Shown: positions 26,220 to 35,452 of the stretch, in pieces
How positions within the stretch are numbered: the first letter of the stretch is position 1
How the letters are laid out: each line of letters begins with the position of its first letter
Assembly (NCBI GenBank): GCA_963801355.1
Contig: CAWDEM010000007.1
Location: 1 to 35,452, forward strand
DNA: 35,452 nucleotides
Source: Ignavibacteriota bacterium
Lineage (GTDB): Bacteria > Bacteroidota > Ignavibacteria > UBA10030 > UBA6906
Direction of reading: 5' to 3'
Made by a program: the position numbers and the translations under genes
Notes under the pieces: model-generated
What the model was told of the DNA's origin: nothing
Seen by the model: only the letters and a program-made list of their open reading frames with translations
The model's database searches: none

Positions 26220-27620
26220 ATGACAGAACTCGGTATCCTCAGCATCCTCCCGCCGGTGATTGCGCTGGCACTCGCCCTCTGGAAAAAGAAAATCATTCCA
26301 GCTCTACTTGTCGGCGGACTGATGGCAGCGTTCCTGCTGGCGTCGTCCAGGTGGAGCTTTGTGGTGGATTACCTCGAGCGGGTGATCCAGGTGACCGGCA
26401 ATCGCAGTAACCTGCAGTTGATCCTGTTTGGTGTTCTGGTGGGCGGATTGATAAAGCTGATGGAAACTTCGGGCGGTTTCAAGGGGATGATCCTGTTGCT
26501 GGAATCTTTGAATATCCGCACGAAAAGGCCGGTCTTCATCCTCACGTGGGCTATCGGCCTCCTCATGATCCTGGAGAACTACTCCAATATCATGGTCAAT
26601 GGAACCACCGTAGGCAGCCTGTACGACAGGATCGGCGTCCCGCGGGCCAAGCTGGCCTATTTCCTTCACAGCATCAGTATCAACTGGGTGGCGATCATCG
26701 TTTTCAACAGCTGGGGGGCCTTCTACATGACTCTGCTGGCTGGTCAGGGAATTGCAGATCCCTTTCGCGTTGTCATCAACTCGATGACCATGAATTTCTA
26801 CTGCATGGCAAGCCTGGTGATGATTGTCCTAACCATGATCTTCGGCTGGAACCTCGGGGCGATGAAGAAGTATCCTGAAAGAGGTCCGCAGTCAGCCGAT
26901 GGTGAAGGCCAACCGGCAGGAAGAAGTGACGAGGCACCTGACACTTCTCATTCGTCCCCTTCTGCCAGTCTGCTCGTTATCCTTCCGGTCCTGGTGTTGG
27001 TTGCCACCATGCTGATCTCCCTGGCAGCCACCGGAGGAGGATCGATGCTCAAGGGTGACGGGACCGCTTCAGTGTTCTATGCAGTCCTGGCAGCGATTGC
27101 GGTCCTGGCATTGATGGTGCAGTTCAGGCCAAAAGCCGAGCGGCCTTCGATCGAAAAATCGGTCTATTCGGGCATCGGTGATTTCATGGAGGTGGGAATT
27201 CTGCTTGCTCTGGCTCTCACGCTGGGGAGTCTCTGCAAGCAGATGGGGACCGGCCAGTACATCGCAGGCCTGGCTTCCGGAAACGTTCCGGAATTTCTGA
27301 TGCCTCTGATCTTCTTCTTTGTGAGTTGTCTGATCTCCTTTGCAACCGGCACATCATACGGAACATTCAGCATCATGGTTCCGCTGGCCGTTCCTGTTGC
27401 TCAGGCCATGAATATCCCCTTGCCATTGATGTTTGCGGCATGTATATCGGGCGGGGTATTCGGAGACAATACCTCTCCATTCTCAGATACTTCGGTCATC
27501 ACGGCCATTTCGGCCAAGACCGGAGTGGTTGAACACGTAGAGACACAGCTGCCGTATGCGCTGGTTTCGGCGACCTTTGCCGGAGTGATGTTTGTGGTGG
27601 CCGGGTTGTTGTTGGTATGA
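26220..27620 (+). CDS. Na+/H+ antiporter NhaC-family transporter (amino acid transporter-like subgroup)
   Basis: LSILPPVIALALAL, SWGAF, ISFATGTSYGTFSIMVP, GGVFGDNTSPFSDT and HVETQLPYA. Confidence 0.9.
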   Translation: MTELGILSILPPVIALALALWKKKIIPALLVGGLMAAFLLASSRWSFVVDYLERVIQVTGNRSNLQLILFGVLVGGLIKLMETSGGFKGMILLLESLNIRTKRPVFILTWAIGLLMILENYSNIMVNGTTVGSLYDRIGVPRAKLAYFLHSISINWVAIIVFNSWGAFYMTLLAGQGIADPFRVVINSMTMNFYCMASLVMIVLTMIFGWNLGAMKKYPERGPQSADGEGQPAGRSDEAPDTSHSSPSASLLVILPVLVLVATMLISLAATGGGSMLKGDGTASVFYAVLAAIAVLALMVQFRPKAERPSIEKSVYSGIGDFMEVGILLALALTLGSLCKQMGTGQYIAGLASGNVPEFLMPLIFFFVSCLISFATGTSYGTFSIMVPLAVPVAQAMNIPLPLMFAACISGGVFGDNTSPFSDTSVITAISAKTGVVEHVETQLPYALVSATFAGVMFVVAGLLLV

Positions 27621-27864
27621 AGGGAAACAGGTATACGGGATATTCACTATATAGGCACGCCTCTACGAGGACGGCTCATGTGATGGGGAGTATCAGGTTA
27701 TGGACCATGTTGTTGACTGGAAGTCCTCCAACAAGTGGCACGGCAAAGTCCTGTCATTGAAGTTCGATGGTAACTCGGTTCTGGTGGGAGGAATGGAGAC
27801 AAACATAGAGGTTTACAACGGCTGGTACGATGCATTTCTACTCGTTTTGGGCCCTGCCGTTCAT

Positions 27865-27893
27865 TTGACAATCGTCATACCGTTTGTTATCAT
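27865..27893 (+). promoter_or_regulatory. Near-consensus sigma70 promoter with extended -10 and no adjacent convincing ORF
   Basis: TTGACA (27865-27870), N17, TATCAT (27888-27893), with TG at 27885-27886. Confidence 0.6.
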
Positions 27894-28046
27894 GCGCGGG
27901 TAAAACATCGGTCTCCATGCGGTGGACGGGGCGGTTGCCGTGTGAGGCCTGAGAGCGCAAGTCCGATCCTTGCCTCTGCTCTTGTACTCACGTCTCTCGT
28001 TCACGGTAGCCAGCCTCGCTTGTAGCCCAAGCTTCTTCGTCACCAC

Positions 28047-28175
28047 AGCGGCTCGTGCCGTCCCAACTATCATTTGCGAGAAACATCCCCTCGTGTCATT
28101 GTTGGGACGCGTCCCGCTTCAGCGGGATGCCCCGTTCATTCATAGGAAACAATAGTTGCAGGGGCACGAGTCTCT
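28047..28175. repeat. MITE/REP-like element with imperfect terminal inverted repeats and internal hairpin
   Basis: Left end CTCGTGCC-GTCC-CAACTAT (28052-28070) versus reverse complement of the right end CTCGTGCC-CCTG-CAACTAT (28170-28152). Internal hairpin GCGTCCCGC-TTCA-GCGGGATGC (28109-28130). Confidence 0.55.
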
Positions 28176-28459
28176 CTATGCTTAAGCTAACAGTTGCGCG
28201 AGCTCTTGAGCTGGACACGTATCCCGCATCCTCATCGCGGGTGCTACGCCGAAGATTTTAGATACCATCAGATGGATGGACCTTTTCGTCTCTCGTGGTG
28301 AGTTTCTTCCGATTGGGCAGAAAAGAAGGATCCTCCTATGAAACGCATGCCGGTTGTCGCTGCGCCGCCGAGTGTTTCTGGGATAACTGTCTACCCGACG
28401 ACCCACCGAGTCCTATCTCGAGTCAGTATCCACCTACAACCACCCTTACGGAGGCTAAT

Positions 28460-28915
28460 ATGCGAAAGCTATGCTTGGTCGTTGCAGTCCTGATGTTGCT
28501 CCCTTCTGCGTATCTCATTGCGCAAGAATGGTCGGCGGCTCAGAAGGAAATCTGGAAGGTTGAGGAAGAGACTGTCGCAGACATAGAGAAGGGGGACGTG
28601 GAGAAGATTATGAGTTATATTCACCCAGATTATCGTGGGTCTGGTCATGGCAGTCCCCTCCCAATTGACAAAAGCATTTTTCGCAAACAGGCTGAGCAGA
28701 TGGTAAAGACCTACCCGGCAAGAAGCGTGTTTCTGCAACCAGCTGCCATTCAGGTCTTTGGAAACACTGCCATAGTCCACTACATTGCGACGATAACACT
28801 GAAATCAGTGGATGGTAAAGAGGCAACATCACAAGCGGCGTACATCGACGTCTTTGTGAAACAAGGTGACAAGTGGCTCATCGTTGCCGATAACGGCTAT
28901 GAGTTGAAAAAGTGA
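28460..28915 (+). CDS. Secreted NTF2-like (DUF4440/SnoaL-type) protein
   Basis: GGAGG RBS, signal peptide MRKLCLVVAVLMLLPSAYLIA, and NTF2 pattern KGDVEKIMSYIHPDY...IQVFGNTAIVHY...DVFVKQGDKWLIV. 151 aa. Confidence 0.85.
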   Translation: MRKLCLVVAVLMLLPSAYLIAQEWSAAQKEIWKVEEETVADIEKGDVEKIMSYIHPDYRGSGHGSPLPIDKSIFRKQAEQMVKTYPARSVFLQPAAIQVFGNTAIVHYIATITLKSVDGKEATSQAAYIDVFVKQGDKWLIVADNGYELKK

Positions 28916-28925
28916 AGACGAATGC

Positions 28926-29285
28926 GTGTGGATGTGCAACTGCAAGTATTGCAGCCCGGGCAGCGATGTCCGGGCTCTTGATTTCGGGTGCTGCTGCAAT
29001 TCCGCTCCGCCCTTGTCTCTGAGGGTTGGCATTAGTACATTGCCGATGAACAAGTACGGGAAAATCGACTACGACATTTCAGGGAGACTTGCTGGTAGCT
29101 GGTTCGTCGAAGGGTTGCCCGCTGGTCCCGCAACCGTCGTTTCGGCTGGGTGCACGAAGCATCTAGCGATCGTGTACGACATGTTGAACCCTTCTGCGAT
29201 CCGTATCGCCATCGGGAAAGTGGCACTAAACGGCGAACGGCGATGTACTATTGCGGCTCTGTCTAGCGTCCGGGAGAACACATGA
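28926..29285 (+). pseudogene. Probable internal fragment of a larger hypothetical gene
   Basis: Only the middle (GKIDYDISGRLAGSWFVEG...HLAIVYDMLNPSAIRIAIG) is protein-like. There is no RBS or credible start and the flanks look non-coding. Confidence 0.4.
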
Positions 29286-30292
29286 GACCCAAGATGATCT
29301 TGTTCCTTGCCGTAATTGCAGTTATGGCTTTTGGACAATCCAGTATTCGCCCCCAGACCGGTGAAGCACGAACCCAAAAGGCTGACGGCTTGTCAATTTC
29401 ACCTGCCGACTTCACGAAATCCGGTCTGGTCTATATAAGTCATGTGACCCTTGATTATGTGACGGTGCTCGACCCTGAAACCAATCGGTTCATTGGCAGA
29501 ATCAAATCAGGAAATGGTCCTTGCTGCGTCGACCTCATGTCTGCAGGTGACCGCGGGTACATCGCCAACTATAGATCAAACGATGTAACGGTCTTTGACA
29601 AGAAGACTGGAAAGACCATCGCAACAGTGCCGGCAGGCGAACATCCGTCTCATCTCAGCCTGACAACTGATTCAAGATTCTTGCTCATTGGTCACGAATC
29701 CAGCTACGGTCTCTGGTTCCTGGACACTCGTACAAACCAGATCACCAAGAAACTCTCAGAGGGAACTGGGATATTGTGCAGACTAGATCACGGCAAGAAG
29801 ATCTACCAGAGCCAGATCTTTATTCCGTACGTATTTGTGATAGACCCAGAGACCCAGATAGTTACAAAGAGGATCAATGTTGGCGGACGCCCTCTCGACC
29901 TTGCGTTCTCACCGGATCAGAAACATCTCTATATCGCAAATTATGACCTAAATGAACTGGAGGGCATCGATACGGAAACCGATTCCGTCGTTGTGAGAAT
30001 TCCTCATGTGAGCAATGCACGCGGGATTGCCGTAACACGCGACGCCAGGTTTGCCTTCGTAACAAACGTCGAATCGTCAACCGTGACGGTCGTTGACCTG
30101 TCATCTGCAGAGATCGCAAAGGTTATCCCTGTGGGGGCGATGCCGACGTCGATTGCTTTACGTACCGACGGGAAACTTGCCTATGTGTCTTGTCAGGGTA
30201 GTGCCTCTGTTTTTGTCATAGACACGCAAACTCAGGAAATCGTTCGCTCAATTGTTGTTGAGAGTAATCCAATCCAAGTGCAGGTGAAGTAA
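29282..30292 (+). CDS. Secreted YVTN/YncE-type beta-propeller repeat protein
   Basis: GGGAG RBS and signal peptide. About 7 repeats such as YIANYRSNDVTVFD...IATVPAGEHP and FVTNVESSTVTVVD...IPVGAMP. Confidence 0.9.
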   Translation: MRPKMILFLAVIAVMAFGQSSIRPQTGEARTQKADGLSISPADFTKSGLVYISHVTLDYVTVLDPETNRFIGRIKSGNGPCCVDLMSAGDRGYIANYRSNDVTVFDKKTGKTIATVPAGEHPSHLSLTTDSRFLLIGHESSYGLWFLDTRTNQITKKLSEGTGILCRLDHGKKIYQSQIFIPYVFVIDPETQIVTKRINVGGRPLDLAFSPDQKHLYIANYDLNELEGIDTETDSVVVRIPHVSNARGIAVTRDARFAFVTNVESSTVTVVDLSSAEIAKVIPVGAMPTSIALRTDGKLAYVSCQGSASVFVIDTQTQEIVRSIVVESNPIQVQVK

Positions 30293-30704
30293 TGTGACAG
30301 TTACGGATTTCCGCCACTACCGAGATCAGTACTTGCCATTTGACTATCCTTTCGTTTCCGCGTACCTTCTGGCAGAATCGTGGGTGAGCCCCCGCCCGCG
30401 ATCGACTCTAAATGTTGTCGACTGACTGCAGCGGGAATTTGTGGTATTATTGGCTCGATGTCTTGCGAACGACATTCTTCTTGTCGGTTCCCACCTTCGG
30501 CCGATATCGTCTTCCATGAACTCGATAGTCAAGTTGGTAGACGGTGGAGCCTTTGGAGGACCGCCTTGCTTGAGAGTAGCCTTTGGAGTGGCCATGCTGT
30601 ATCCCTACCTTTCTCTGTGGTTCCTTGAAAGATGGGCACGATTTGGACACGTGGCCAAGAGGTGAGCACTTTTGTGTAACAACGATGCGGGGGAAACGGA
30701 AGAG

Positions 30705-30791
30705 CGGAGAGGCAGGGATTCGAACCCTGGATACCGCAAGCGGTATACCGGTTTTCGAGACCGGCGCCTTCAACCACTCGGCCACCTCTCC
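30705..30791 (-). tRNA. tRNA-Ser(CGA)
   Basis: GGAGAGG/CCTCTCC acceptor stem, D arm GCCGAGTGGTTGAAGGC, anticodon arm CCGGT-CTCGAAA-ACCGG, long variable arm, T loop GTTCGAATC, discriminator G. CCA is not encoded. Confidence 0.97.
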
Positions 30792-30806
30792 ATGGTTGAA
30801 TTTAAA

Positions 30807-30835
30807 AATATACGCAAAGCTCTCCGGATCCGCAA
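30807..30835 (-). promoter_or_regulatory. Promoter for tRNA-Ser
   Basis: - strand TTGCGG (30835-30830), N17, TATATT (30812-30807). Confidence 0.65.
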
Positions 30836-30873
30836 CAGCAGCCGAGCAATCATCCCGTCCATTGCGCACTTCG

Positions 30874-30902
30874 TTGCGATTGAGGCGCCCGGATTGTATA
30901 TT
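30874..30902 (+). promoter_or_regulatory. Promoter for gmd (probably leaderless)
   Basis: TTGCGA (30874-30879), N17, TATATT (30897-30902). The ATG lies only 5 nt downstream. Confidence 0.65.
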
Positions 30903-30907
30903 GAAAA

Positions 30908-31885
30908 ATGCCTCGCGCGCTCATAACGGGTATCACCGGCCAGGATGGCTCCTATCTCGCCGAACTCCTCCTTTCAAAGGGGTACGAAGTTCACGGCATT
31001 GTCCGCCGTGTCGCCCTTGAAGATCCTTCACACCGCATGTGGCGGATTAAGCACCTCCAGAACGACATCCAGTTGCATGCGGGCTCGCTTGAGAGTTTCC
31101 CGAGCATCTACCGGACGATCGTCAACGTCAAACCTGACGAGTGTTATCACCTCGCCGCACAAAGTTTTGTGAGCTATTCCTTCGAAGATGAATTTTCCAC
31201 GCTGAACACGAACATCAATGGCACTCATTTCATGCTGACCGCCTTGCGCGACGCACGGCCGGAGTGCCGGTTCTATTTTGCTGGTTCGAGCGAGATGTTC
31301 GGCAAGGTGCGGGAAGTGCCGCAAAGCGAAAGCACATCGTTCCACCCGAGATCGTCGTACGGGATTTCCAAAGTCGCCGGATTTGACCTCACCCGGAACT
31401 ACCGGGAAAGCTACGGGTTATTTGCGGCGAACGGCATCCTCTTCAATCACGAGTCTCCCCGGCGCGGGTTTGAATTTGTTACGCGGAAGATCACCTACCA
31501 AACCGCGCGCATAGCACTGGGATTGGCGACCGAACTGCGGCTGGGAAACCTTGAGGCAAAACGGGATTGGGGGCATGCCAAGGAATACGTCCCCGCAATG
31601 TGGATGATGTTGCAGCAGAAGGAGCCGGATGATTATGTCGTCGCCACCGGCGAAGCGCATTCCGTCCGTGAGTTTTGTGAAGCCGCATTCGCGTACATCA
31701 ACAAAGACTACCGCGATTTCGTGGTGGTAGACGACCGTTTCTTCCGTCCGGCCGAAGTGGAAGTGCTGAAAGGCGACAGCAGCAAGGCCCGGCGCGTTTT
31801 GGGATGGAACCCCCGGATCGGTTTCAGCGATATCGTGAAAGAGATGGTACAGACGGATATTGACTTGCTGAAGGAAGGGAAATAG
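30908..31885 (+). CDS. gmd: GDP-mannose 4,6-dehydratase (copy 1, short type)
   Basis: [50 protein letters not shown] and RDWGHA. Confidence 0.95.
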   Translation: MPRALITGITGQDGSYLAELLLSKGYEVHGIVRRVALEDPSHRMWRIKHLQNDIQLHAGSLESFPSIYRTIVNVKPDECYHLAAQSFVSYSFEDEFSTLNTNINGTHFMLTALRDARPECRFYFAGSSEMFGKVREVPQSESTSFHPRSSYGISKVAGFDLTRNYRESYGLFAANGILFNHESPRRGFEFVTRKITYQTARIALGLATELRLGNLEAKRDWGHAKEYVPAMWMMLQQKEPDDYVVATGEAHSVREFCEAAFAYINKDYRDFVVVDDRFFRPAEVEVLKGDSSKARRVLGWNPRIGFSDIVKEMVQTDIDLLKEGK

Positions 31886-31889
31886 GCAC

Positions 31890-32951
31890 GTGGCACTTTC
31901 AAACCCGACCATGACCCGCGCACTCATTACAGGCATCACCGGACAGGATGGCTCGTATCTCGCAGAGCTGCTACTCGAAAAGGGGTACGAAGTTCACGGC
32001 ATCATCCGCCGCAGCAGTTCGTTCAACACCGGACGCATCGATCATATCTATAATGACCCGGAGATTTCGGGCAAGCGGTTCTTCCTGCACTACGGAGATC
32101 TCACCGACACGAGCAATCTCAACCGTCTGCTTGAAAAGGTCGAGCCCGATGAGATTTACAACCTTGCCGCCCAGAGCCACGTCAAGGTCTCATTCGAGCT
32201 GCCGGAGTACACGGCCGAAGTAGACGCCGTCGGGACGCTGCGCTTCCTGGATGGTATTCGGGAGACCGGCTTGAAGACGCGGTTCTATCAGGCATCCACC
32301 AGCGAGCTATACGGAAAAGTGCAGGAAGTGCCGCAGAACGAGAAGACCCCGTTCTATCCGCGCAGCCCGTACGGTGTCGCCAAACTCTATGCCTACTGGA
32401 TCGTCGTGAACTACCGTGAAGCGTACGGTCTCTACGCAACGAATGGCATTTTATTCAATCACGAGTCCCCGCGTCGTGGTGAGACGTTTGTCACGCGAAA
32501 GATCACACTCGCTGCAGCGCGCATCAAGCTGGGACTCCAGAAGAAGCTCACGATCGGCAACCTGAGCTCGCAGCGCGACTGGGGATATGCGCCGGAATAC
32601 GTTGAAGGGATGTGGCGCATACTGCAACATCCGCGACCGGGGGACTACGTCATGGCGACCGGCGAGAAACACACCGTGCGGGAGTTTGTCGACCGATCAT
32701 TCGCCGAGCTCGGCATGCCGTTGGAGTGGAAGGGCGAAGCGGAGAATGAAAAGGGGGTAGCAGCCTCCACGGGAGAGGTGGTGGTGGAAGTCGACCCCCG
32801 GTATTACCGGCCGACTGAGGTCGAACTTCTCATCGGCGATTCAACGAAGGCACGCACGGAACTGGGTTGGATGCCGAAGACCCACTTCCGGGAATTAGTC
32901 CGCATCATGGTGCAGGCCGATTTGGAGAAAGTAAGGAAGCGCGGGTTCTGA
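31890..32951 (+). CDS. gmd: GDP-mannose 4,6-dehydratase (copy 2, E. coli-like)
   Basis: [41 protein letters not shown] and [16 protein letters not shown]. The start is GTG 31890 or ATG 31911. Confidence 0.96.
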   Translation: MALSNPTMTRALITGITGQDGSYLAELLLEKGYEVHGIIRRSSSFNTGRIDHIYNDPEISGKRFFLHYGDLTDTSNLNRLLEKVEPDEIYNLAAQSHVKVSFELPEYTAEVDAVGTLRFLDGIRETGLKTRFYQASTSELYGKVQEVPQNEKTPFYPRSPYGVAKLYAYWIVVNYREAYGLYATNGILFNHESPRRGETFVTRKITLAAARIKLGLQKKLTIGNLSSQRDWGYAPEYVEGMWRILQHPRPGDYVMATGEKHTVREFVDRSFAELGMPLEWKGEAENEKGVAASTGEVVVEVDPRYYRPTEVELLIGDSTKARTELGWMPKTHFRELVRIMVQADLEKVRKRGF

Positions 32952-32969
32952 GCAGTTGTGCTCAGAAAT

Positions 32970-32998
32970 TTGGACGTGGCGATTTTGGGTCGTATCAT
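32970..32998 (+). promoter_or_regulatory. Possible internal promoter upstream of fcl
   Basis: TTGGAC (32970-32975), N17, TATCAT (32993-32998). Confidence 0.45.
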
Positions 32999-33035
32999 CT
33001 GTTCTCGAACTGCATTATGAATCCCTAACCTTTAG

Positions 33036-34040
<1,005 letters not shown>

Positions 34041-34048
34041 AATCTACC

Positions 34049-34243
34049 ATGCCTTCTCCGACAGAAATCCAAACCTCCATACTCCGGCATATGACGCCGG
34101 AAGAGAAGCTCAGGGCAGCGACTCAGCTTTTTTGGTCTGCATGGGGGTTGAAAGAGGCGTACGTGCGGTCAATGCATCCCGAATGGACTGCGAAAGAAGT
34201 GAACGAAGAAGTCAAGAGGTGGATGCAGAGTGGAACAGAATAG
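34049..34243 (+). CDS. Small hypothetical protein (64 aa) of the type found upstream of nucleotidyltransferase genes; possible antitoxin-like
   Basis: LRHMTPEEKLRAATQLFWSAWGLKEAYVRSMHPEWTAKEV helical pattern. It overlaps a truncated partner ORF. Confidence 0.65.
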   Translation: MPSPTEIQTSILRHMTPEEKLRAATQLFWSAWGLKEAYVRSMHPEWTAKEVNEEVKRWMQSGTE

Positions 34244-34316
34244 TCCGCTGTTGTTGTTGTTCTTGCGCCCGCTGAACGGGTCTGGGATCGTCTACTCGAC
34301 GATAATTTGTAGATGA
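34230..34316 (+). pseudogene. Truncated 5' stub of a probable nucleotidyltransferase-like partner gene
   Basis: GTG start after GAGGTGG gives MEQNSPLLLLFLRPLNGSGIVYSTIICR*, resembling the L-x-x-x-G-I-x-Y start of such proteins and stopping after 28 codons. Confidence 0.4.
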
Positions 34317-34432
34317 ATGGCACGTCATTTGCTGCCACGTATGGTGTGATTGGCGGCGCTTATTAGGAATGCGCGTCAATTTGGCCCAAATCTGCTCTCA
34401 AACACAAGTCCAACCCATCTGTGGAAGAAGAA

Positions 34433-35413
34433 ATGGAAAAGCAAAAGTCAGCTCTAGTGTGTGGTGCAGGAGGCTTTATTGGAAGTCATCTTGTGAAACG
34501 GCTGAAGCGCGAGGGATACTGGGTGTGCGGGGTGGATCTGAAGTATCCGGAATTCAGTCCGACCGCGGCAGATGATTTTGTCATTGGCGACCTTCGCGAT
34601 CAGAATGTGTGCAAGAACATCACTGATCGGAAGTTTGATGAGTTATATCAACTTGCAGCGGACATGGGTGGGGCGGGGTACATTTTTTCGGGGAACCATG
34701 ATGCCGACGTGATGCATAACTCGGCGACCATCAACCTGAACATGGCAGATCGGGCAAGGGCTACGGGGTTGGGCAAGGTTTTCTATTCTTCTTCCGCGTG
34801 TATGTATCCTGAATACAACCAGATGGATCCGGACAACCCGAAGTGTTCCGAGGATTCGGCGTATCCTGCTGCTCCCGACAGTGAATACGGGTGGGAGAAG
34901 CTCTTCAGTGAGAGGTTGTTCCTTGCCTACATGCGGAACTATGAACTTCCAGTCCGTATAGCCCGATTCCACAACATTTTCGGGCCTGAGGGGACGTGGC
35001 AGGGTGGACGTGAGAAGGCGCCGGCTGCGTTATGCCGGAAGGTTGCAGCGGCTCCCGATGGTGGCGAGATAGAAATTTGGGGCGATGGTTTGCAGACTCG
35101 GTCGTTTCTGTACATTGACGAGTGTCTAGAGGGTGTGCGCCGGCTGATGCAGAGTGAATTCACAGGACCGGTGAATATCGGTTCCGAAGAGATGGTGACG
35201 ATAAATCAGTTGGCTGAAATGGCGATGGGGATTGCGGGGAAGAAGTTGCGGTTGAATCACATCAAGGGTCCTCTGGGTGTTCGTGGCCGCAATTCGGACA
35301 ATCGTCTGATCCGGGAGAAGCTCGGTTGGGAACCATCGCACAAACTCAGTGAAGGATTGAAGGTCACGTATAAGTGGATTGCGGAGCAGCTCAAGGCGAC
35401 GAAGAAGGGGTAG
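34433..35413 (+). CDS. GDP-mannose 3,5-epimerase-like NAD-dependent epimerase
   Basis: GAGGFIGSH, LAADMGGAGYI, SSACMYP, PDSEYGWEK, RFHNIFGP.GTW.GGREKAPAALCRK and GVRGRNSDN, the motif set of plant-type GME. Confidence 0.88.
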   Translation: MEKQKSALVCGAGGFIGSHLVKRLKREGYWVCGVDLKYPEFSPTAADDFVIGDLRDQNVCKNITDRKFDELYQLAADMGGAGYIFSGNHDADVMHNSATINLNMADRARATGLGKVFYSSSACMYPEYNQMDPDNPKCSEDSAYPAAPDSEYGWEKLFSERLFLAYMRNYELPVRIARFHNIFGPEGTWQGGREKAPAALCRKVAAAPDGGEIEIWGDGLQTRSFLYIDECLEGVRRLMQSEFTGPVNIGSEEMVTINQLAEMAMGIAGKKLRLNHIKGPLGVRGRNSDNRLIREKLGWEPSHKLSEGLKVTYKWIAEQLKATKKG

Positions 35414-35452
35414 CTGCAAGTGCTCAGCCGAATACGGAGCCGGTTCCGTGAC

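Noticed and set aside
27700-27903. 67-aa ORF after a GGGGAG
   Set aside because: No recognisable features, and it runs through a strong promoter motif, so it is not supportable as a CDS.
27925-28000. TPP-riboswitch-like GGGG...CTGAGA
   Set aside because: It lacks the conserved CCTGA...TAATGC...GCGTAGGGA half, and no thiamine gene follows.

Overview
This GC-rich bacterial window is probably from a non-Bacteroidia member of the FCB group (Ignavibacteria-like). That is an inference from a T9SS/FlgD-type C-terminal sorting domain together with E. coli-type -35/-10 promoters and SD sites. Positions ~1-26040 form a divergently transcribed glycan-utilisation locus with no SusD. The left arm (- strand) carries an 842-aa unassigned secreted protein, a GH28-type enzyme, a 597-aa unassigned secreted protein and a badly frameshifted ExuT-like MFS gene. 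The right arm (+ strand) carries, in order, a GntR/AraR-type regulator with a clear operator, a non-SusC TonB-dependent receptor, a T9SS-sorted beta-helix-like protein, two SSS symporters with a 48-aa membrane microprotein between them, a cytoplasmic GH2 glucuronidase, a GH20-like enzyme, an unassigned six-hairpin protein, a variant NagB, a GH105 and a URO-D-fold protein. The content points to a uronic acid/amino sugar polysaccharide. No recognisable lyase is present despite the GH105, so the unassigned proteins are candidate new CAZyme families. Next come an NhaC-family transporter and a patchwork region downstream of tRNA-Ser(CGA) (orphan promoter, MITE-like inverted repeat, DUF4440-like and YVTN-repeat genes, gene remnants). 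The window ends in a GDP-sugar cluster (gmd x2, fcl, GDP-mannose 3,5-epimerase-like) interrupted by a remnant two-gene module. All family calls come from motif recognition by eye; no searches were run.
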